Of a stretch of 64,000 nt of DNA, positions 41,190 through 49,892 are shown one piece after another. This stretch comes from Vicugna vicugna (lineage: Eukaryota): assembly GCA_013265495.1 (NCBI GenBank), contig MU058004.1, positions 248,001 through 312,000 of the forward strand, read 5' to 3'. The stretch's first letter is position 1, and every line of letters begins with the position of its first letter. A model generated the notes under the pieces. That model ran no database searches. It saw only the letters and a program-made list of their open reading frames with translations, and was not told the origin of the DNA. The translations under genes were made by a program, and so were the position numbers.

Positions 41190-41480
41190 GGTTTTAAATT
41201 TCCCTGAAGCGTACTATCAGCTGCATCACAAAAACTTTGATATATAATTTTGTTACTGCTCAATTCTGTCTTTAAATTTTCATTATAAAACTTCGATTGA
41301 GATTTCTTCTTTGATTCATGTGTTACATAGAAACCCACAAGCTTTCAAACTAAAACCTCATGTCTCACTTCTATCTTTCCGTACCTGACTTCTAATTTCA
41401 TTGCGCTCTGGTCAAAGAATGTAGCCTGAACACCCAAGGTTCTTTGAAACGTCCTGAGACCTGTTTTACAGCCTTGCCAG
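41190..41480 (-). mobile_element. Old L1 ORF2 fragment, antisense
   Basis: tttccctgaagcgtactatcagctgcatcacaaaaactttgata, gatttcttctttgattcatgtgtta and ttctaatttcattgcgctctggtcaaagaa are antisense L1 endonuclease-region patterns. Confidence 0.7.
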
Positions 41481-42668
41481 GAAGTGTTCCTGAGTCTAAG
41501 GAGCCCCCGGCCGCAGCTGCAGAGCCCGATGCGAACCTACGGCACCAGGCCTGTTTCTCTGTCGTCCGAGTCATACACACAAGGCTCCCGCTGTTTTATT
41601 TCCTAGCTGAACTGTTCACAAGACAGAGGACTTGTGAAGATTCGCCCACTTACCCTGCCGCCCCACTGACTGCTGTTTCTCACGGCCCCCAGTACAGCTC
41701 AGGCACCTGTGCCAGTCACAGATGACGCCAAGTGACGCGTTCACCCAGGGGTCACAGCAGACGTGGGGCCAGGGCCCCAGTGACCGGTCACAAACACTTG
41801 TTCCCACTGCCTCTGCTGTGGGACCTGGTACCAGCAGGACCTGGGCACGGGGAGGGGGCAGCAAGGACAAGCAGGCCCCGGAGCAGGTGCTGCAACGCCC
41901 AAACCTACCCCCCCACCTCCCAGCCTCCAACCTGGAGGATGTGGGCACAGGGGAAGGGCCCGCACACGTCACCTCAGGGCCACCTGAGCATATGGGGCTG
42001 GGGCGGGGACCTGCGGGGGGGAGGGGGGAGACCCTGCACCACAGGCGGCCAGCAGACCAGCGGCCACGCGCCGTCCTAGTCGCCCACCTGCCTCAGAGCC
42101 AGCGGGGACCAGGCCGCTGGCAGAGGGCCCCGCTCACCCCAGCAGGCACCATGTGAGGCCAGGGCAGCAGCGTAGTGGTGGCTGCGGGCAGGACCATCAG
42201 CACCACAGTGCGGAGAGAAGAGGGCGGTCGTGCGCGAGGCTCCAGATGAGCCCTGCCCTCCTGTCTGCATGATCCACATCACAATGTCCAGTACCCAGCA
42301 AGCACTCAGGTGAGGATTCTCCCTCAAACTGTTACTTCAATTATTTCCAGCAAGTACATCCAACAGCAGGCCTGGAACAGCGCCAACCCTACTGGCTGAG
42401 GGTCTGGTTTAACACCCACAGTCAGGACACATGGCCTTGGGCCACTGAGACCGTGCCGAGCTCCCAGAAACTCAGGCGGGGGCTCCTGGAGAAAGAAAGG
42501 GCCAGTGCAGCTGCCAGTGGGGCTCTGGAAGAGAGGGAGGACTCCCCGAGAAGTCAGAGCCCCAGCCTGGGCCACACACATCTCCCTGCGGGGGCGGAAG
42601 CCTACGCCAGGCCATCCCCCGGGTGCCTGGAGAAGAAAAACTCGGTCACATTAAATTACATCAGAAGA

Positions 42669-42810
42669 GGGGGGAGGGTATAGCTCAGGTGGTAGAGTGC
42701 ATGCTTAGCATGCATGAGGTCCTGGGTTCAATCCCCAGTACCTGCTCTGAGAATAAATCAATGAGTAAACCTAAAAACCTCCCCCCACCAAAAAATGAAA
42801 ATAAAAACAA
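42669..42810 (+). mobile_element. tRNA-Ala-derived camelid SINE (vic-1 type), best-preserved copy
   Basis: ggggagggtatagctcaggtggtagagtgcatgcttagcatgcatgaggtcctgggttcaatccccagtacc plus A-rich tail. Degenerate TSD aaattacatcagaagag / aaatcacgtaagaagag. Confidence 0.93.
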
Positions 42811-42839
42811 ATCACGTAAGAAGAGTAGGCACACGGGGG

Positions 42840-43030
42840 AGAGTCTCAGACGTAACTGAAGGATGAGAAGCTCAAGAACCTGGGACAACAGACCTAAAAG
42901 GACAGTACCCGCAGAGCAGGCTCGCAACAGTAGACACGTGAACAGAAGAGCAGAAGCCACGGCGAGGGAACGGGGAAGATTTGGAAAAGAACCGATACAA
43001 ATGTCTGGAAGTAAAGGGAGGAAGGATTCT
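42840..43030 (+). mobile_element. Possible L1 ORF1 5' remnant
   Basis: Purine-rich coiled-coil-like text (gagaagctcaagaacc...gaacagaagagcagaagcc...gaagatttggaaaagaa). Confidence 0.35.
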
Positions 43031-45252
43031 CGCTGTGGATGGAGCAGGACGGTGGCCCTGAGGGACCGGAGCGTGGGGCACTGACGTGCAGTCAAGTAGA
43101 GTGAGGGAGGGGCTCGGGGGCTCTTCACTGTCGTTCACTGGTGTCATCTGCAGCATGAGGAAAAAAGGAAAAGAAATTTGTGCGCCACTTTGTTTCCTGG
43201 TCCTTGTTCAATCTAAGTGACTTCTGCATGTGGCTGTGAACATACCAAAATGACACATACAAAGCACCTTTTAAAGACGAATTCAATAAAAGGAGACAAA
43301 TTATAACCAGCCTGAGAAGGGATCAGTGAGCATCCTAAAACACAGGCACACTGCTGCGGGGAGGGGAAGAGGAGAGGAGGGAAGGGGGAAGGGAGGAACC
43401 CTCAGAACCTGGCCCAGACTCACAGCGTGAATCAGGTTCCCTGTCAAAGACAAAACCAGCTGAAGCTCGCGGTTTCAGGCTTCACTTGAGACCAGAAGGC
43501 AGGGCCCATTGCACGGGGCTGGGCTTCGTGGCCCCCTCTAAACCCAGAGACGCAGAATCCCTCCCCGGCCCTTCCTCCGCCCTGGCGCCCGAGGCGCTAG
43601 GAGCGCCAGGTCCAGCGCAGCTCCACCAGGTTCCACCTTCCTTGCGGGGGGGGGGGAGCACGGGAGCCATGGGTACAAAAGCTGCCCACGGGCCACACAC
43701 CAAAACCAGCAGCCGCACAGCCACCGTTCCGGAGCCCCAGGCACAGGACAGCCCAGCCAAAGAAGGGGCCTGTGCGCCCCCTCCAAACAGAGCAGCTCCA
43801 CTTCCACATTCAAATGGTGGCATTACTGGAGTAACAAGCAAATTAATGCATTACACACCTCAGACTTCCGGTTACCAATGAAGCCCTCCGCTCACTCATC
43901 AGAGGAAGTAAAGTGGCCGACACTAAACTCCCCGAACACCTCACACAACTCGACCTACCTTGCAAGCCGGCCACAGAAACTCTACTTTCATTTCTATTGC
44001 CCAGAAGCAAAAATCCACTGACATCTTCAGCATGTTTTTTAATGAGAAGCCACGTGCTTCACCTGGGAGAGACACCCCAGTTCCAGCTCCCACGTGGACT
44101 GGCGTGCGCCCCGCGCTCCCCACTGGGCCTCCCGGGCCCAGCTTCACACTCAGCTCCACTGGGGCCCCAGGAGCCAGTCCCTTGCAGGGCAGCCTCCTGG
44201 AGCAGGGAACAGGCGAGCAGGGCCAAGGCAGCACCTCTGAGCAGCACAAGGGCCCCAGGAAAGTGGAGGGCCCTCCAGGACACAGCCTCCCCTCCGTAAG
44301 CAGATCCCAAGGCCACAGGCCAGCACAGACCTCAGAGACGCGGGGAAGATCCTCCTCGGCACCGAGGCCCAGCGCGGAAGTGGCAGCGTGAAAACACGGC
44401 AAGTCCCAAAAAGACGCACAGCGCCAGAGGGCCCGGCCGGACACTGCGGCCCCAGGGCCAGTGCCCCGGGTGGGCTTCCCTCTAAGAGGCCACGTCCACG
44501 TCCAGGCGAGCAACCCCGAGGAGCACCGCGGACCTCAAGAGCGAACACACAGGCCTGAGGTACACGGAGCCGGGGCAGCGCCACGGCACCTCAGCCCCAA
44601 ACCTCCTGCAAGACTCAACTCTAGCCCGAAGCCTGGAGAGACGTCTGTCCTCAGCCATCTTGCCCTTAACTGAGGCTCAGTGAGCAAGTGCGTGCACACG
44701 TGTACACATGGATGTGTGCACACATGCGGGTGTGTGCACGTGTTAAGCTGCCCTCCCTCCAGCGGCCTCACTGCCCACCTCCTCCCAGGGGAGCAGCGTC
44801 CTGCCTGCTGGCCTGAGCCATGACACCTCTCCCGTGGCCCCGAGGTACCATCTGGGCAGCAAGGTGCCCCTTGGCCTCAGGAGCGGTCCCCAGTGCCCTC
44901 CCTGGGGCCGGGGCCATGAGGAATCGACTTCTCAGAAGGCATGGCAGCTGGTGGGGCTGACTGCCCGACAGTGACCAAAGTCAGGGAAACTGAAATCACG
45001 TCTTGAACTTTTCATGGACTTTCTGTCGCCCTCTCCCTCCCACCAGGTGCAGCACCAAGAGGAGTGTAAACAGTAAAAATTGCCTTGTATTCATGTCTAA
45101 GGTCTAAAATGTAAGTGATCTGTTTCCTTCATCAAAGACGTTTTGTCTTGTGACGCAGACCATTCCCACCATACAAATGCAATCCTGTGGGATGCTGTGA
45201 TTAACCCATCAGGTCCCAAGGGGAACTCCACGAGTCAAGGCCTCCAGGGCAC

Positions 45253-45335
45253 CTTCTACAGAGGAGAAGGCTGAGGCCCAGGTCAAGGAACTGCCCCAGG
45301 TCACCGGAGGAGGAAAGAACTGAGCCAAAACTCAA
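45253..45335 (-). mobile_element. MIR fragment
   Basis: ttctacagaggagaaggctgaggcccaggtcaaggaactgccccaggtcac resembles the reverse MIR core. Confidence 0.6.
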
Positions 45336-45414
45336 GTGCGCAGCCCAGCCAGAGAGCAGGGGCCCCCCACCCTACTGGGCCATGAGCACCCCTCCCCCAG
45401 GGCAGCCCTCCCAC

Positions 45415-45600
45415 TAGACTCTGTCACCCTTCAGGCTGGGTGGCCTCAGCCAAGTTACTTGCCCTCTCTGTGCTGTTTGACTCTGCAAACTGGGCGAATG
45501 ATCATTTCCACTCGAAGAGTTGTTGCAGTGATTAAATGGATTAATGAAGACAGAATTTTAGCACAAAGCCTTACACCTAGAGACACCCAACAGGTGCCTA
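45415..45600 (+). mobile_element. MIR fragment
   Basis: ccaagttacttgccctctctgtgctg...ctgcaaactggg...gagttgttgcagtgattaaatggattaatg...tagcacaaagcc follows the MIR core. Confidence 0.75.
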
Positions 45601-45739
45601 ACCCCCTGCCCGCTAAGACAGTGAACTCTCTGGCGATATAAGCAGGTGAAAGAAAACAGAAGTCCTTTGTGGAAGAAATGGAGACCCTGCAGGGAGAACC
45701 ACGCCACCTGCCAAAAAGCCATCATTAAAATTCTCAGGG

Positions 45740-45900
45740 GAGTAAGAGAAGCTATTGCAGCTACCAAATAAGAATAAGACACTACAAAAGGAACACTCAG
45801 AGAACAAGAAGGAATTCTTGGAAACCAAAACTCCTAATAGCAGAAAAGAAAGGGTAGGAAGGGAAAGTTTAGGAAGGCGAGAACACGGAGGGCAGAGAAA
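45740..45900 (+). mobile_element. Possible HAL1 remnant
   Basis: aaaaggaacactcagagaacaagaaggaattcttggaaaccaaaa resembles HAL1 aaagaacaatcagagaacaagaaagagctcttggaaattaaaa (recalled). Confidence 0.45.
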
Positions 45901-47389
45901 GCCTGCAGGAGAGAAGTGGCGGCCCATGCAGAACCAGGAATCACCATTTAGACCAAAATCCTACAACAGGCGTAAATAATCTGTGACGGAAAGCAACCCA
46001 GCCGCCTGGTGTAGCGACCAGAATGTTCCACTTTCTGACCGGGGAGCGCTCCAGACTCGGGGCCCTGTGCCCTCACCACAGGTAAATCCTACCTGTGCGA
46101 GAGGAAGTGGGAACAGTTCACGATACGTCTGCTGAAGCGTTCAGGGTAAAATGAGCGGTGTCTGCTACCGACTGACACACAGCAAATCAGTAAGACGGAT
46201 GAGCATGTGGATGAGGGGTGGGGGCGTGGGGGCCGTGAGGCAGAGCAGGAGAATGTTCATGGCGGAATCCTGGTGTGAGCGTTCACCGCCACGTTCTTTC
46301 AACTCATCTATACGTTTGAACTGTCTCGAGTGAAAATGCTAGAGGCAGAGTCAGCATCAGAGCTGCACCACACTTCACAGCAGCAGCACTGAAAGCCACG
46401 TGCAACCAGGACACTTTCAAAACACTGACATGGCCTAGGGCTCTACACCCAGCTGGACCATCAACTAGGTAGGAGGGGAGGAAACAGACACTCCAGTCCT
46501 TCAGGGTCTCCAGACGCCTCTCCTGCGCTCTCAGGACTCCATGAAAACGCCGTGCTTCACGCCCGAAGGACCAGCAGAGAGGGGACAATGTGGGGTCCGG
46601 GAGACCTGGCCCCCAGTGCAGGGAACTGGTGGAGGAAACCTCGGGTGACGGGGCAGGCAGGAAGGAGTGGAGGCAGAGGTGCCAGAGAGCTACACTCTCA
46701 TTTCCCATCAAGGGCAGCGCAGACAACACCCAAACCCAGGAGCAGCAAGGTGGGCGGAGGGAACAAAACTAGCGACAGTGATGCATTTGGATGACAAGAG
46801 GCAAATACCAAAACCCTCGCCCGGAGTAAAGGTCTAGTGGGGCTCCCGATGGAGGATGGGAGGGAGCAGCCAGCCGCACCCTCCCACTGAGAGGTGGGGC
46901 CCGCCCCCCTCAAACCCGGAGTCAGGTGTGACAAGGAGGTGCTGGGAACAGCTCCCCATCCGGCCTCTCGGAGGACTGGGAGCCTCTGCTGTGGGCTCCT
47001 TTGAGTCCCGAGTGAGTGAGGCTGACCACTGTCCAGAGAGGCCTCTGGAGTGAAGCCAAGGGGAGGAGGAGGACCCTGCTGCCCCGGGACACGAGGCAGG
47101 TGAGTGCCCACCAAGCTGCAGACACAGGATGGCCCAGCAGAGGCCCGACTCCGGTCCCCCAAATCGCGAGAGCATAACATGGGCAGTGGGTTTAAACCTC
47201 TGGTCACAGGTGGGACACCAGCAGGGGCGAGGGGGCAGGAGTCGCCGTTTCCTGCGACAAGACTCAGAACTATTTTTCACTCCCTGAACGATGTACAACA
47301 CGTCTAATTTGGGCAAAAGCAACTAAAACTTTTTTTTAATTCAATATAATGGCAAAGCCAAGTAAAATCTTAAGCTTAAACTGAAAAAC

Positions 47390-48130
47390 TAAATAAAAGG
47401 CACCGGGTTGGGCAGGCCCACCCTGGCACAGGCGGGCACACCTGCCTCGCCCGCACCCTCGGAGGCGCCGGGGGCATCGCGGCCCTGGGCGAGGAGGGCT
47501 GCGAATCGCTTGCCCGGAGTCTCGGTTATTCGCCGGGAACAGCGAGGAAGCGCGTCCCGGGCGGCGGGCGGCGGGCGTGCGGCGGCAGGTCCCGAGGCGC
47601 CCAGGCTGCCCCCACCCTACGCCGGGCAGGAGGGCCGGGGCGGGAGGGGGACACGGGCTGCGCGCGACCCTCGGGGAGGAACGGGCGGCGGCCTCCGCGC
47701 CAGGAGACGCGCTCCGCCCAGACTGGGGTCCACGGCGCACGAGGGGGAGGGGAGGGGAGGTGGGGGGACCCTTCCGGGCGCCTGGACCCCCACCCCCCGC
47801 CCGGCCCCGCGCCCAGAGGCAGCGGCGCGGGGCGGCAGCGCGGCGGGTGCGCACATACGAATCGTAGCTGCGGGCGGAGGGAATATCAGGTGCATCTCTA
47901 CGCCCCGAGGGCTCGGCTCCCGCCCTTAAATCCCGCCCCCTGGCGCGGCCGCCCCAGTCTCCGGGGAGCGCGCGGGAGAGCCGCCGGTGAGTACCGCTCC
48001 GCTCAGCGCGCGTTTTCCCTCGGAGTCGCGGCCCCGCAGGGCGCCTCCTCCCGCGCAGGGTCCCGGCAGCCGCCCTGCGGGGAGCGCCCTCTCCTCGCTC
48101 CCCGGCTGCTCAGGACCCAGCAGGTGCCTC
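47390..48130. promoter_or_regulatory. CpG island with GC boxes, TATA-like and Inr-like elements
   Basis: Very dense CpG/GC stretch. GC boxes cccgccc (47919) and cccgcccc (47932) flank TTAAAT (47926-47931). CCAGTCT Inr match with A at 47956; donor CCG|GTGAGT at 47986/47987. Confidence 0.75.
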
Positions 48131-48680
48131 TGTCACAGAACTCCTCATAAGCCTTACCCTTTACTCTAGGAGCGCAAACAAGCTTATCTGGGTATTCGGT
48201 CCTCGTTTCTACCACAGAATTCGTAAGATTTAAACCAAAGCTCAAATCTGGAAGTTTATGTTACTGTGTCTGTTTCTCACCTTAAAAGTCAACTACAATA
48301 AATTTCCATAAAGGAATCAGATGTATGTGCAATAAGACAGTTGCTGATTTTGACTTATAAATCTTTAATTTTAGAATCTTTTGAGTTTAAAATAAGTACT
48401 CTTTTGACATAAGCTTAACAACAACAACAAAAAACCCTTGGCTAGAGAGAATCCCTACATACACAAGAAGGGGTTTGTTAACCTTACAAAGTTCACGTTC
48501 CTCTAGGAAAATAATTATCGACCAAACTACTGGTCAGATTTGACTGGCGTCAGACTTCATTTCATGGACATCTGTCTGCGTCTGTTACCCTGATTTTTAC
48601 TTTGTGTTCACAAAGTCCTTCCAGCGCTTCTAAGCGTTAATTCGTGAGGATAAAGAGCAGGAGGCGGGGTGAGCTTTGAG

Positions 48681-48705
48681 CTCTGGCTCTGGCTCTGGCT
48701 CTGGG
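48681..48705. repeat. (CTCTGG)4 microsatellite
   Basis: ctctggctctggctctggctctgg. Confidence 0.85.
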
Positions 48706-49758
48706 GACTGACCACCATTCGAATGTCACCGCCGTGTGCGTTGACTGCTGGGCGCTTGTGTCTAAAGTCTGGATCTTGGCCGGAGCCAGAGCTAGCCCCT
48801 GGCTGCTTCCTGGAGTCAGTCTTCCAAACGGTGCCCCAGAACACTGTCTTTCCCTAGGTTACGGCTGTCTTTCAGTTTACCCTTAAATTCAAAGAACCGA
48901 AAGTCTGGGAGGGAGGGGTGGTTAATCACTGGAAAAGCGCAACTGGAGTAAAACTCACAAATCTCGTTCTTGCGACACCCCAGTGGGTAGGCGACAATGG
49001 CGTGTCCTTGAGTTACGCAATAACGCCACATCACAATATTGTAATTATAGTGTGCCCTTCAAAACGCTCCACCTGTGAGGCGGCCTGCCAGGCAGCTGGA
49101 CACCCCCGAGAGGAATATTGCAGCACAACTTCAGCCCAGAGGTCAGCACGCATGATAAGCATAGCTCCCCGGCACGTCACAGCAGTGCCCTGTAAAGTTA
49201 AGCTGCAATTACCTCCACTGTGTCCCATCGAAGCTAGGAAGAAGCCTCTCTCCCGCCCAGTTCCCAGAGCTCAGGCTCCTCAGAGCCCTGTTAGCCGTGC
49301 CAGCCACTCACGGCTGCCTGAACAGCTGGCGACCCCGTGAACTGTCCACACTTAGGAAGCCATTCAGTCTCTGCCAGTTGGTGCTTCGTGGACCCCGAAA
49401 CTGCAGGCCGCTTGGAGTGCTGTGCGGGCCTGGCGCCCCGACTCCCGGCCCCAAGGGCTGAGCAAGGCAGAGGCTGGCAGAGCTCAAAGGGGGTGTCCGA
49501 AACGAAGGCAGCTCAGGCTCCCCACACCCTCCCCTGCAGCGTGGACGCCACACCTGCTGCTGGGCCTGACGCGGCTCCCAGGGCCCGCCTGCCACCCTTG
49601 AGCCCGGCAGAGACCCACTCCCGCGTTCCAGGCCAGCACCCCTGCCCGAGCTGTGGGAAGGCGTGCGACAAGCAGGGCTCCGACCCAGCGGGACGCACAA
49701 GGGTGAAAAATACTGCCACGTAAACATCCCTTTAGGGTTAGGCTAACATCTGAATTTT

Positions 49759-49892
49759 TTTTTAATTAATCTTTTTGGGGGGAGGCAATTAGCTTTATTT
49801 TATTTACTTGTTTTTAATGGAGGTACTGAGGACTGAACCTAGGACCTCGTGCATGCTAGGCACAAGCTCCACCACTGAGCTGTACCCTCCCC
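49759..49892 (-). mobile_element. tRNA-Ala-derived camelid SINE (vic-1 type) with 14-bp TSD
   Basis: Reverse complement ggggagggtacagctcagtggtggagcttgtgcctagcatgcacgaggtcctaggttcagtcctcagtacctcc. TSD aacatctgaatttt (49745-49758) / aacacctgaatttt (49893-49906). Confidence 0.92.

Noticed and set aside
42669-42745. tRNA-Ala(AGC) gene (likewise the copies at 24943, 38978, 49759 and 57043)
   Set aside because: The acceptor stem does not pair as in a tRNA, and the copies carry SINE tails and, in several cases, TSDs. They are tRNA-derived SINEs.
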